NCBI GenBank assembly: GCA_965113315.1
Contig: OZ220367.1
Length of the DNA: 64,000 nucleotides
Reading direction: 5' to 3' (one strand)
DNA from: Podarcis vaucheri
Lineage: Eukaryota
Part shown: piece after piece, positions 12,900 to 26,871 of the stretch
Numbering within the stretch: position 1 is the stretch's first letter
Layout: every line of letters begins with the position of its first letter
The notes under the pieces: generated by a model
Told to the model about the DNA's origin: nothing
Database searches by the model: none
What the model saw: only the letters and a program-made list of their open reading frames with translations
Program-made: the position numbers and the translations under genes

Positions 12900-15800
12900 A
12901 GTGGGAGCTGTAGATTAGCGCAGTAGCCTCAACAGCTTTACCTAGACCCCCATGATTCATTGGACAGATTAGCTATCACATCTGTCATTTTTATCCCCTT
13001 TCGTTCTCCCCCTTTTACCACATTTAAAATAAGAAACTTCTCCCCAAAATGGAGGGAGGGGGAGGATTAACAAATATGATCTCGGGAGCAATTTCTGCAA
13101 AAGAAGCCACCAAAGGTATGTTCCAAAACGCGCCTGTAAAAATCACATGCCCAGGTATATAAATTAAGTAACTGATTTGATCTGTCTGGGTGTGGGTGGG
13201 TGAATTGGATACAGCAGTGGATACAGATAAATTGGTTAAAACAGGTAAGAGACAACTTTTTAAGATGTGATTTATTTTAAAACAGCGAGCGTTGAACTGC
13301 TCTAGTAGCTCAGCTCTGTGTGGTCATTTTTCAAAATCTTTCCAGTATTTCCTTCGGTTTCCATTCGCTCCTTTTGATTTCACGAATCCATTAATTATCA
13401 TAAGGCATAATGCACGACTTTTCATGTTCAAAAGTTGGGACCTGGTTGAATTCAAATTAACAAGTTTGATCTCTTCTGAGTCCAAGGGAGACCCCTTTCC
13501 GCTTACTGGTTCGTTAATGGTTGTTCTTGGGTTCTTCAAGTGTTGTTTCCTGTGTGTTTATTACAGAAAGATGTCACCATTAAAAGGGAATTTAAGAGTT
13601 TCTGTAAATGTAATGGTTCATCCAGAATAAAGTGAGTGAGACAGTTCTTGGAAACTAGGGAATTGGAGTAGAAGGAATTGTAGCTGATGAAGGTGTCTCT
13701 TGTCAAAATTGTGTGGGAATTATTTACTGTGCTGTCTTTTCTGAGCTGCTAGACTAAAAGTGAAGACATGGAAAATTATCCCAGATGGGATGAATTGCTC
13801 ATTCTCTGTTCTTTTTTTTTAAGGAAAAAAGATTTCAGAAAAAGTCTTCTTTTTCTTAGAACAGTATGAATAAAAATCTGGACAGCTGTCAAAAATATAT
13901 GCAGCCTGTATTTTTTTTAAAAAATAAAAATAATAATCTAACAATAAGCATAACTAAATAGCTTCAATAGTCTATATCTCACCCCCCCTCCCCAAATAAT
14001 GATCTGTACTTCATTAAAAGAGTATTAATCTAGTTGCCGGTCTCTTGGGAGACACCTTAAGATGATGATATTGTGGGGGGAGGGGGTTCCCCCCNNNNNN
14101 NNNNNNNNNNNNNNNNNNNNNNNNNNNNNNNNNNNNNNNNNNNNNNNNNNNNNNNNNNNNNNNNNNNNNNNNNNNNNNNNNNNNNNNNNNNNNNNNNNNN
14201 NNNNNNNNNNNNNNNNNNNNNNNNNNNNNNNNNNNNNNNNNNNNNNNNNNNNNNNNNNNNNNNNNNNNNNNNNNNNNNNNNNNNNNNNNNNNNNNNNNGC
14301 ATCAGAGCTACGCAAGGTGGCAAGATAATTTGTGCTGGTTTGCTGAGCTGAAGGCTTTTAAAGTCTATAGCAAAAAGCTAGGTACCACAAACAAAAAAGA
14401 GAAAGGGGGAAAAGTTCTGAAGCATTGGAAGGCAGGGCGGCGGAAGTANNNNNNNNNNNNNNNNNNNNNNNNNNNNNNNNNNNNNNNNNNNNNNNNNNNN
14501 NNNNNNNNNNNNNNNNNNNNNNNNNNNNNNNNNNNNNNNNNNNNNNNNNNNNNNNNNNNNNNNNNNNNNNNNNNNNNNNNNNNNNNNNNNNNNNNNNNNN
14601 NNNNNNNNNNNNNNNNNNNNNNNNNNNNNNNNNNNNNNNNNNNNNNNNNNNNNNNNNNNNNNNNNNNNNNNNNNNNNNNNNNNNNGAAGACATCCGCAAG
14701 TTTCTGTGATTTTTACTTAAAACCATGGGGAAAATTACATACTAAATGCTTCTGGTTTTTTTTGTTTGTTTGTTTTTTGTCTCCTTTTTAGACATTATGC
14801 TATACTTTTAAAAAGTCTTTATAAAAATAGAATTCAATTATTGCTGTTGACAGGAATTTGGGAATGGGGGAATTTTTGTAAGCAAGGGGGTGGAAAGAGC
14901 GGAACAATCTTCTACCTTTTACTGAAATTGAACCACGGGCTTCCCCCAATTGAGTGGCATCAAATAGCCATTAAAGCTTCATTTCAGTGACGAGCAGCAA
15001 AGCAGCGCTTTCACCAAGTTAGGTGAACTTTGGAGAACTGAGATTTCCTTTATATTTGCCAAGTCGGCAAACAAAATATCGGCTTTTGTTCTTTAGACTG
15101 AATATACAGGGGTTTGTGGGAAGGAGGGGAGAGAGAAACGAGAGCTTTTTCACTTTTTTGTGGATTTGCATTGAATCAGGGGGAGAGGCGAGTATTGTTC
15201 ATTTTCCTACCATGCGAGATAATTCTATGAATGGAACTGGACTTGAGCATCTTTTCTGAAGAGCTGGCGTTGCAGAGCTGCTTCCCGTGTGTTTATCTGC
15301 TCAGTGCAGCTCAGTGGTGAATGGCTTAGGTAGGGTGCTGCCCTCCAGTGGATCAACCAACGGCAGTCTTATTGCACATCATGTAGGTATGTTAATATAA
15401 CAAGCGGCAGCATGCTTGAAACCAGGCAGCGTGAAGCATCCTGATTAAAACTGTTGTAAATGGTAAGCTAAACCTTTTCCTCTTTCCCACAAGGCTAGCA
15501 GAGTGAGGCATTGCTTTTAATGAATCGGCACTGATACTTTCATTTCTGTCGCATGTTTTTGTTGCATGTTAATTTTTCTCTGTTCGGAGCATTTTAAGAT
15601 TGACGGGTTTAAAGCATAGCAAAGAGTTTTTGTCTTTTAAAAGAAGCTTCAGAGTTTGGGAACTTTAGCATGGACAAAGTGATCTCTGTCATCATTAACA
15701 ACTAACCCTTTGCCTTTTTTCTTCTTCTTGGAGACACACAATATTCTTCAGTGCTTTGCTCCTCAAGGTTAGGTTAAGTAAGGCCATCACTTTCCTTCCA

Positions 15801-16740
15801 TCAACGAAAAGTTGTCTTAGCGAAGCCAAATGTTTGGGGGATTCCTCCCCTTGTAGAAAATCTCATGGTAGTACTTGTTCCCTTGTTCCCATAAATAATA
15901 AAGTTTGCTTTAACATCTGTGTGCTGGAGCTAAGAAGAATCTGATTTTGAACAGCAGATCCATTTGGTCTCTCCCATGTGTAATTGCAACTTCATTGCAA
16001 CAAGAGGAGGGTTCTATCCCTCCACAGAGGTACTATCACAGCTTATTTTGCTAACTTTCAGATATTTTGTTTCTTAATTAGTTGGGTTTCTGTTCTTAGA
16101 CTGTGCTTACTTCTCTGACACTTCAACACCCCCCGCCCCCGCAAACCCAAATATTTTTGGAAATTTTAATTGCAGGACGTTAACTAGATGACTGCTCTCT
16201 GCAATGCTTTCAGATCAGTTCTGCTGAGAAACTATTTTTTGAAGAAACTTGGTAGGTGCATGCATTGCTTATAGGAAAGAAGTAAAGAAAAAAATACTAG
16301 GCATTATACTGTTGTGCTTCCTCACCCCCCCCCCCGATGTTGCTTCCCTCTGCCTCCTGTTTTTGGGATATCCAAGAAAAGGAAAGCCTCAGTTTAAAAG
16401 CTGCCCATCCTATTTGCTGCACTTTATAAGTTATTGTTGCTAAATGATTGGGAACTGTCCATCACCAGCCAGAGAACTTGCAGTTTACTTAAGAAATTGC
16501 ACGTGGGACAAAAGCAGCCGCTGGAGTGTGGTGGCCGCTGTGAATAGAGGGAGGGAAGGCAATTAGTTGCCGTGTTGTTGGAGCTTTTTACTTGTCAAAC
16601 TGGAGCCTCATTGCTTTTGTTATTGCCATGTAAAGGGAAATTGCAGGGTTTTGTTTTGGTATTAAGGGCCTTAACGGTTGCTGGCTGACACTTTACGTGC
16701 AAAGGCCAGATAAGTGCGGAAAAGGATGGTGGTAAGAAAA
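12900..16740 (+). promoter_or_regulatory. TCF7L2: Candidate internal (intron 5) promoter / alternative first-exon region for N-terminally truncated TCF7L2
   Basis: TATATAAA 13156-13163. GC box GGGCGG 14435-14440 abutting ETS CGGAAGT 14441-14447. Many retained CpGs. Strong donors after 13115, 13244, 13631, 15386, 15462 and 16731. Intron-5 alternative first exons are established for mouse Tcf7l2. Confidence 0.55.
15337..15352 (-). promoter_or_regulatory. CTCF-like motif
   Basis: Minus strand reads TCCACTGGAGGGCAGC, one mismatch to the CCACYAGRKGGCRS core. Confidence 0.4.
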
Positions 16741-18254
16741 GCAAACAGAAGAACTTTCTGTCTCCGTTGATTACATTCTGGCGAGTGTCTCCAGATTCTT
16801 AAGGTTTTGTCTCCACTTCTGAATTGCAGATCAGTCTGTACACCTGTAAAGTAATAATAGCAACGATAGTAATTAATACAGCAGGACAACATTGCAGTGA
16901 CTTCTGTAGTGATTAGCGCAGCATAAGTTTTGAAACTGTCTTAAAAATCATTGCGTAGGTTATATTACTATATATAAAGGTATAAAGGTTTATGAGAGGT
17001 CTTCTTCACATCTCTTCCAGTTGAGTATAAATTCTTTGTGGGTTTTGGACAATTCAGAAACTTTTTTGCTCTGATAAAATTAACATACACACTGAACTAC
17101 TAATGATACTGAAGCACAGATAGTTTTACCTATCCATCGTGCTTAACCATATTACTGGCGCTTTCTTGTCAGGTATTTTGAGAGGTAGCCACTATAGGTT
17201 TGATCGCATTCCCCCATAAAAACCAGAGCTGCCTTTGCGATTTTTGTTTCTTAAGTCAATACCTATCACAAAGGATGGATAACTTATGAATGTAGATGAA
17301 AAAAGACACAATTTTTCAGTTCGTGGATGAATCTGGTCTCTGTTTTAAGCTCGTGCTTACAGAAACCAAAATAAGCTTGCTGTAGCAAAATACCTTAGAC
17401 AGTGAGACTGTAGAAAACTTGATGAGCATTTCTTATACTGTTTTCATGTGAACCAACCTGTTTAAACCAAGAACCAAAAAAATTAATATTGGTAAAAGTT
17501 GGGGGCGAAGGAGAGTGATTACTAATGTGTCAAAATGATAACAAAATCAACTGCTTCCTGCAGGTCTCTCCTGAAGAAATTTGTTTGGTGGGATCTGACA
17601 GTGACTGCTTGTTACACTTAGGTGCTCCTGTTCCCTCATGGCTATCCATTGTTGCGCATAGCATTACCTGTAACTATCTGAATTGTAGTAGCGTTGTCAT
17701 TTATTTCCAAGGTAACTGCTTCTTTAGCTATCCTTAGCAAGCAAACGGAGGGGCGGTTGGGGGTGTGTGTGTTTGACAGTAAGAGAATTTGTGTATTAGA
17801 AAACCGAAGTGATTATTTCAAGTTTCAAAATCCGCAACAGAGACAATCTTAGAAAATAAGACACCTTCTCTCACAGCCGACATCCGATGTCACGATGGAT
17901 GCGGAGCATTCAGGGAACGCCAGGCCTCAAATCTGGAAACATCTTGATCTTTTAGGACTGTACTTTAAGTGAAAAAACGCAGGCGGGGGATGGGAGGGAG
18001 ACAGAAAGTGAAAAGCTGCAAGGGAAATAATACAAAGCTAGTACAATTGGCATCTAGACAGTGAAGGGGGGAAAAAGTTTATGAGATTAAGAGTGGGAAA
18101 GACAAAGCCGTTATGTACCCGAGGGATGCAATTTTAGTGGGAATGGAAGATTTGAGTGGTAAAGGAGGAGCACTTGCCTCTGGGTTCTCTCTGTTTCAGC
18201 AGTTTGGCTGTTGGCATCTCAATTTGAATTGCTGGGTGAGTAGCATTTGTGTTT

Positions 18255-18256
<2 letters not shown>

Positions 18257-18327
<71 letters not shown>
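18257..18327. repeat. Compound (GT)n(GA)n microsatellite
   Basis: Direct reading. Confidence 0.95.
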
Positions 18328-18328
<1 letters not shown>

Positions 18329-21300
18329 ATCTTGACCATTGAACTAGTTGTGTGACTTGTTTTTATTCGTGTCTGTGGAAGCATTTTTTAAAAGGAAGAT
18401 AGAACAGTCAATTCAAGCTGTGACCTTTGTTCAATACTTAAAAAAAAATACAGTGCGAGTCAGTTTAGGGGAGGGGGTAGAATGACTTGTCAGTGACAGT
18501 TCTTAACATACTGTAATAGTTACAAAACAACACAAAGCATGCATGTCCTTTTCATCACATGCAAAGGCATGGAACAATTAAAAAATAATTGTTGGAGTGG
18601 ATTTTTCTTTTGCCTTTTCTTCTTCTTGGAGAGCAGTTCTCTTTTTCGTTGCGGAGTGTTGTCATAGGGAAAAGGCCATTTCATAATATACAGCTGGTTG
18701 TATTTATTGAGCTAAAGCTGTTGAGTGGAGCTTGCCAACAAAAGCAAGTGTGTATGCGTGCATGTATTTTTTTGTATATGTACTGTGATAGGTGTATGTA
18801 GCATAACAAAACATTCCCTTTTTATTTATTTGTTATGTTTGCTTCAGAATTTTATTTGATTGTGCAGGTATTTCATCTCTTAGTTATTCTCTGCTTTGGA
18901 AGCCAAGCCTTATTTCTGCTTGACAGTCATAAGTATTTACATTAGTAAAGTAAGTTCTGCTGATTTTAAGTGCCTGATTTCCACAGTGGAGTTTTTTTTT
19001 TTAAAAAAAATATCATAATGTAGTATTTAAATTTTCTACAGTCTTAACCTTACATATTATTTGTTTAAATGTCCCACCCACCTTCACCCGAGGTGTTAAT
19101 TTGAGTAGATTTGTTAAACATGTGCTCTTTTGAATGGTTCTGGGTTCCATGTGGAAATAAATTGGATTCAGTGAGGACAATGTTCATTTACTCTTATTAG
19201 GAACATAGAAGAGACAACAGGTTGTTATAGTAATTATTTGCATTGCAAAAATATCCAAAAGATGTTAGTTGAAAAGATACATATACTTCAGTGCTTGTGA
19301 CAAGAAAAATGCATTCGGGGGGTTTTCAGGACGCATCTAAGGGGTTGCAGAACATACCTTGCTTGCTATGCTGCAATAACCAAGCTCTGTCTCATTGAGG
19401 TTTAGGCCTCATTATGGATAGCCTTCCCTATCTAATGTCTTCAAAAAATGGTTGAAATGCTATTATATATCATTTTTATCTTTCTGTTTTCAGTGATCCT
19501 GTCATGTGTGTGTGTGTTTAAATATTTTGTGAACTAAAAGATTCTCAAAGACGAAAGTTCGGCTTAACGTCTCTCTATGTCTTTATAGTTGTGGATATTA
19601 AACTGTTACATAACGCACATAAGTTAATAAAAATGATATTTTATAGACTATGTAATAATGAAATGCATATTTATATAGGATTTTGGAGAATTTATAATAT
19701 TGAATTTTATTTTTTTAATGCTGTTTTACTGTTGCGATAAAAACTACATACATATGAATTGCAGTTAATATAGTTTTCTCTCATTTCACTCTATCCAAAC
19801 CATCTCTTCATCCTCAAATACATGTAGACTTTGGTTCTGAATAGCTTTTCTATTGTATATAAATATCATGTTTTCCCTTGCCTGGGCCGAGTTTGTGTGT
19901 GTGTGGTTTTGTTTTGTCTGCACATAATAGAGACCTGCATAAACAAGTGCATGAATTGGCACAGCCCCCCCCCCCCCCGTGTTCTGGAAATCAAAAACTA
20001 AAGCATTTAGATAATTTTTACATTGATAGTGATTCATATGAAAGAGGAAGCCAATCTTTCCTCTAAATACATTTGGAACAAAACAGCACGACCTCATTCT
20101 ATCTTTACATTATTCCTGAATTCCAAAGCACAGTTATATGCTTTTTTTTTGTGGTTGTGTATTGCTACTTGTTTTGTGATTGGTTTCATTTGTTTCTCTG
20201 TTTTAGAAGAGGTTGATGCATGTACTTCCGAGCATCACTTTGGAGAAAAATCATGTCACTGGGCTCTTGATCTTTATCTGTATTATATCTCAGTGTATAA
20301 CAACCTAAAACAAATTATGTAGATGAGTTTAAATATAAAGTAGAATGAAATTAGTGATTGTTTCAAAGTTTCCATGAAGAATTTGGTAGGTGGGGAGGGG
20401 GCAGATTGTGATGGCTGTCCGTTTTTCCATCACAACTTCTTGTATTAGGCATACACCTGTGGGTTTCAATCTTTAATCCTTTTATAATGCTGGTAAAACT
20501 AACCTGGAATTATGTAGGCCACAATTTTTAAATGGCTAGTTATTTAACAGGCTGCTAAATTGTTTCAAGTAATAAAAAACTAAGCATTGTTGTCACTTCA
20601 TAAAGAAATTAGCATGAATTAGGAGAAAACTATGTTTAATGTATTAACTTGTAGGGTTTTTTTTGCAGAACTTTTAAAAGCTAACACTGACTGACATGAT
20701 ATTGATTGTTCCCAAAATCTTCTATTTAGATCTCACTCCGAAATAAAATAAAATAAAATAAAACCTCCCTGTAAAGGAATATTTCATGTATATTATCACA
20801 TTTATTACCTGTACATTCTGGGCTATGTCACATGCTATTATGAAACACGGTTGGTTTTCTGTCCATCAAAAGTAGCATTAAAATAACAGCAATCTTTTTT
20901 TTTAAAAAAAAATGCATTTGTTTGAATCTTATTGTTTGAGGTACTATGTATAGTTTTCTTTCTCCTAAGCAAGTGGTAAAATCCTAATGATTTCAGTTAC
21001 AGACCGATCCTAGCCATGTTTACTTGGAAGCAAGTCGCCCTGAGTTTGTTGGAACTTGTTTCCTGGTAGGTATTCTTAGGATTGTATCCTTAATGTGTCT
21101 TTGTTATTAAATTACGTGGGTATGTCTTGCAATCTTTCTATAAGAAAGAGTGTATAAAAGTGTCATGTAGAAGTGAGGCAGGGGACATGGGATATGCATG
21201 AACATTGCCCCCAGACTTTGTTTAAATTAGCTGTCCCATATTTTAGAGCAAGAAGCCAGCATTGTTTTATTTAAACAATTTACCGAATTATGGGGACTGG

Positions 21301-24300
21301 AAGGTAGGCCCTTTTTGATAGTAGCAGTCCTCTAACCAGGAAATAGCTGCTAAGAGAAAAATAGAAGGGAAGTAGAAATATGCTGTGCCTACGCCACTCC
21401 TTGAAGGTGTGTGTGTGTGTGTGTGTGGTTTGCTTTTTGTCAGACTCAAGCTAGGGGAGCATTGTCCCAGCACATGGTTGTCAGCGCTTCTGTTGTCATT
21501 TGTGTGAAGGAAGAAAATGAGCCCTTTTTTTAGTGTAGGGAGCCATGGTTATCAATGGAGGCCTTGTCTTCAGTTACAATAGGGAGCGAGCACAGGGCAA
21601 GACCTTAGGTAGAAATGAGCTACACTAAACTTTGAAAGGGTTCAGAGCACTGTATCAACAATAATAGGCTAAGGAGAAGTAGATTTCTGAAGAAAATGCT
21701 TAGTCAGGTGTGAAAGCATTCTTTATTTCAATAAAGTGCATGTTGCGTAGATAAACAGAATGGTCTCATTCCGCACAAGAACATGTCCAGCACTTGGAAG
21801 GGGGAAAGATGAAGAGATTGTTTGTATTCATTGCCTTTTAAATGTGTCAGAATTCTCTAAAATGTGACATTTTTGTTTTCTTATTCTGTTGTATTTGTTT
21901 ATTTAGGTAATTTATATACTGCTCCATGTTTCAAAAGGTTTACAATCTTATTTTGTTCCAATTAATAATGCACATTAAAGACACACATTTCTGTTGTAAA
22001 TATGGCATTGGGAACCAATTATGACTGCAAGGATCAACCAGGTTATAGCAGACAGGTTGGTAAAAATAAAATTTAGAAATAGCGCAAAACTCAGGCGCTC
22101 TTCCTGTGAAATTAGTTACTTATGGTGTCTCAAAACAAGAGAGAAATCCATGTTCAGTGTGGCTGATGTTGTATAATAATAATAACAACATCACATGTTG
22201 CACATTGCTTTTTTTAGATTTGTAAAGTCCAGAAACTTCTAAAGAAAGCTTTAAAACGTTCATTGGTTAGTGAAGATAAATGAGATTAAATTTATGCATT
22301 TCAGTCTGGAGAATAAAAATTAGTGGATCTTTCTAGTCATAAGCGTGTTACCTCATAATAATATTTTACCGACTGCCATAAGTATGGTGCAGAGTTTTAA
22401 TAAGAGCATCTGGAAAGAGTATAGAATACCAGTTCTTAAATGTAAATGTGTTGTGAATGGCACAATTTGCTGGTGCACAGAGCTGTCCTTGGAAGGGTTT
22501 AGTAATCCAAGATGACTGTGCTTTAATGCAATCTCTCAAAGATTAACAGAAAAGGCCTACAAAACTACTTCTCTTTTGCTTTAGTGTATTAGGCTTTTAA
22601 AGTTACAAGTCCAGTTTTTATTGTGTAGAAAAATAAAGCACTAAGGGAATATTGATGGGGAGGGGAAGGCAGGTAGAGCTATAGTTCCATTTGTTTTCAA
22701 TATGTGGTGGTGATTCATAGGTTTAGAGGTGAGTTGCGAGATTCCATTTCTCTTAGAATATGAATCCTAGAGGAAGAATTAGAGCCATAGAAGTCTGGGG
22801 CAAAGTGCCTATTCAGTATTAAATTTACCACAATCCAAAATGTGAACAGTGTAGACAGGAGGATGCTAACAGAACATGCTGTGCAAGCTAACAGAAGTTT
22901 ATGCTTTAAGTATCCTTGGAAGGTGAGCGGTTCTTTCCCAGGGTTGTGACCTTCATGAACTATGGCATGGATCTGATTTGTTCCTATTGAAAGCTTTCTG
23001 TACCCTTGAGCATTTGGCATATAAGAAGGTAGTGCATTGGGCTGTATATGTAATAATTGCTGTTGTGTGCAATTACCTTTAATTTTACTAGCAGTATCCC
23101 TGCATGTGTAATGCCCTGGTTTTTCTCCACCTAATGCATTGAGGGAAATGTATAGGAATTTACTCACAACACAGCTGTTCTTTCAACTACAGTTCAGCTT
23201 ACATTTCTAATGGGAAACTCAGCTCTATGGTTTATGTTATCTTTGTTTATACATGTGCTAAACCATCCCTAATTCCTGTTTGGTAACTTCATTGTTGATT
23301 CCATGAGTGCAATTTAATTTGCTTTGCTTCAGGCATAGGCAATCAAGGGGGGGAAAACAAACTTTTCCTGTTGTTTGTATTTTGATTTGCCTTTTCAGTC
23401 CAGAACATTAATTAGCAAGTTTAAAACAAAAGGAGTGCCTTACTTCCTTATTCTCTCATTTTATATTTACGTTTGCATTTATTCTAAATTTCGTCTACTA
23501 CGATAACTAACTTAAAAAATAAGAACTGCTGTGATAGCCATTAATGGCATAAAAAAGAGATGCTGTTTCCAAAGAACTTCAATTTTCTCAGAATAGCTAT
23601 TAGCTTTTATTATAAAATAAGCATGAACAAAGTAAGAGGAAAATATACTCCAGGGGACAATCACATACAGTATCTGGAAGACGGGATGGGCTAAGATGAT
23701 CTAATAGTGCTTTTTATCTAATTTCTGTGACTTACCTTTTATAGCCATTGGATAGTGCTAGAGACTGCTCTTTTTAGTCAGGCAAACCCCCTGTATACTT
23801 CAAAGAGAGAAGCAAATGCAGGATTAATCTTCTTCTCATCACTCACATTGCTAATAGTCTCCCCCTGTGCCTCTACTCCCCCCCAGCAAAAGCTTATTTA
23901 ATATAATTCCATAATCTTAATTTTAAAGCCAACCTTGTTTGTTACACAACCAGAAGTGCTTCCAGAATTGTTTGTACCTTCCTCTTGCAAATTATTGGAT
24001 ATCTTTAAACCGAGCATAGCTTTCCTCTCCCAATGCTTCCTTCTTCAGTGATTGTCTTCACCTTACTCTTCTACCCGCGACAAAACTAAATTGTGGCCGC
24101 CAAACAAAGGGAGAGCTTCATTTCTATAGAAATATGCATATATAGATAGATCGACATAGATTAGTTTTAACCATGTGTGGTCAGCACTATGTATCAGCAC
24201 ACTTACTGGTGGTGTGTTTCTGTGGAAACAGCCCCAGACCCTAGTTTTGAACCGAGTGTTGGTAGGAGAAACTGGAGTGGAAGAGACTGCAGACTCATGA

Positions 24301-26868
24301 CTCCCAGTCTTCTGTTGTGTGACCTGCTGTTTTAAACTGCTGCTTTTAACTGCTGTTGGGTTTGTTTGTTAGTGCATTTTGTTTTTAGGTTGCTTTTTAA
24401 ATCTTATTTTGTACTGTGTCAGTTTTGTGTAAACTGCCTTCTGTACAAATGTGCAAATTCAACAACCATCACCACCATGCCGTTGTTCTGCTTCACTTCT
24501 GCTTTAAAACCAACAGCGTGCCGAACGCTTATTCAGAGATCTGATCACTGGTATCAGACCTGGTGGACAAAGCGGGAAAGGAAGACTTGACAGTACGTGA
24601 AGGGCAAATGAGTGTTTGATGTGACAAGGGAGTAACCTACAGAACCTTCAGGAATAAACTCCCCTAATAACCAGGTGAGGCTGTTCCAGGCATTGAACGT
24701 GGCATGGCAGGACTCAGAATAGTAGGAGTGAAATAGGAAAACAAAGGCTTCCCTCCTTCACAAAGCAGTTATTACAAGTCTGATGATAACGCAGAAGACC
24801 TGCTATGAAGGTGCCTCAGACTCAAATCCTAGCATAAATTTCTTGATGTGGTGACGAAAAGTCAGCATCGCTTATGCTAAACATTTATAGGAACAGTGAG
24901 GATTGGAGCTAAGTGCTCACTCGTAAGAACATTAGCTTCTGGGCAACTATTTGAATAAAAGAGATAAAGATTTACCAAATTATTCTCTAAACTCTTTCTT
25001 TGGGAATTGTACATTCTCTCCTTATGGCAGGCAGGGACAGGCAGTATTGCAGACTTGACCTCCTGCCACTGGTGTTACTGCCACTTAGAGGGGTGAGGGT
25101 GCTCTGGTGGGAGGGTTCCACTGGTGCTCTGTCACCATCCCAAACTCACTGCTGCCACGCCCTGCTCCTGCCCTGGCCTGGTAAGTTCAGTGAAACCAGT
25201 ACCAGGAAGCCAGGTCCACAGGCTGCCCTCCCCATCAGCTGCTCTTGCATTTTACCATGTCGTATGTAACATTTCATGAACTTTGGAACACCAGAAGCTG
25301 GCATCATGATTTTACTTCTGTATCTGAGCAGGTCTAATGCCGAAGCAGGCATGTAGACCATGGATGCTGTTAAGGCAGTGCATGTTATTAATGAAATGCG
25401 TCAACCATTCCCAAAGTTTTCATAGGTTTGTCACATCTGGCTTAGTATGTTGTGGTCCAAACTATACACACAAAGTGAAAAGATGTTCCATATCATATAT
25501 TTTGGCTGGTCATACCAGATTATATGCCATGCTTTCTCATGGAAGCTATGGAGGTGTGATCTGTGAACTGGATTCTGCTGTACAGTACATGGAATCTGAG
25601 AATTCTACATAGAATCCATGTGATACATTTGACTGATGGTTCATTGAGGAGTTAAAAAGCTACATGACTGAGTACACTCTGACATACTTACACTGTAAAA
25701 ACTGCAAGCATGCAATTTGTCTGAAAACAGAGGGAATGGAAGTGTGGAGGCAGTGTGTGTGTGTGTGTGTGTGTGCGCGTGCGTGCGTGCGAGCAAAGCT
25801 TGTTGAAGAGATAGAATGAACCCCAAAGGATTTTCTTCTTCTCTGGTGTGACTTTCCTCTAACATTTTGGTGTGTGCATTCTTTTTAATTAGGTCACAGT
25901 TTACAGTTTGCAGATATAAAAATGCAAGATGCATTCATGGAAGGATGAAAGATTGCTTGACTGCATCACCCATTTAGAACAATTCCACACAGAACAAGAT
26001 GGGTGAACCACCACACCTTGTAGTCTGTTAGAAACCCTTCTACACATACCTACCCATTTGCTCCATTCAAATACCACTTTTTAGTCATTCACTTGTGCTT
26101 CTGAAATAGCTTGCGAAATAAAAGCCGTAAAATAACGAAATTCTTCTAAAAACGAGTTAGCATAAAACAACAAATAAGAACAATAGGCAGTAAATGCACG
26201 GTCCTTGTTGAATTATTCTTCATAAAATAGTGAGTTAGGTTGTGTTTATTCCCATTGTACAGGTGGGAAAATCAGGCCAAGAAAGCATGACTTTCCCATG
26301 AATGCATGCAGTGTGTTCCTCTGAATGTTTACTGAGAAGCAAGTCTCCCTGTGATCATTGGAACTCAGTCCCTACTAAGTGTGCCTAGGATTGCAGCCTT
26401 CCAGATAGATTCTTTGTTTTCAGTAGTAACTCCTGTAGCATTAAGCAGACCTCACTCACTCCATAGCTGTGCTGAAGTTTTAACTTAATTTTAACCAGTT
26501 CAAAGCTTTTGTTAATCTTACTGCAAAAACAAACATGAATGATACAGTATTTTGAAAAGTGCTTTGAAAAGATCAACAAAACACATACGTATACGATAAT
26601 AGCAAAAACTGACAGGTGCTGGACTGAGGTGGCGCTCGAGAGCACCACTGCACTGTCCCTCAGTCTTTTAATGTAATTCCTTTTACTTGATGTTAATGCA
26701 AATTGTTCCTTACTTAAAGTAATAAAAGAAAATGAAGACACATTTGAAAATGAAAGTTGACTCTAATCCATTTGTCATCTAATACTAGCCTCTTTATCTT
26801 TGCTGCTACCTAATCTGGTTAAATGTCCCTGTTGTAGGATTTTATTGTAAATCCTCTATAGGGAATAA

Positions 26869-26871
<3 letters not shown>

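Noticed and set aside
22715-23167. 150-aa minus-strand ORF
   Set aside because: No recognisable domain, no evident splice structure; antisense intronic, consistent with chance.
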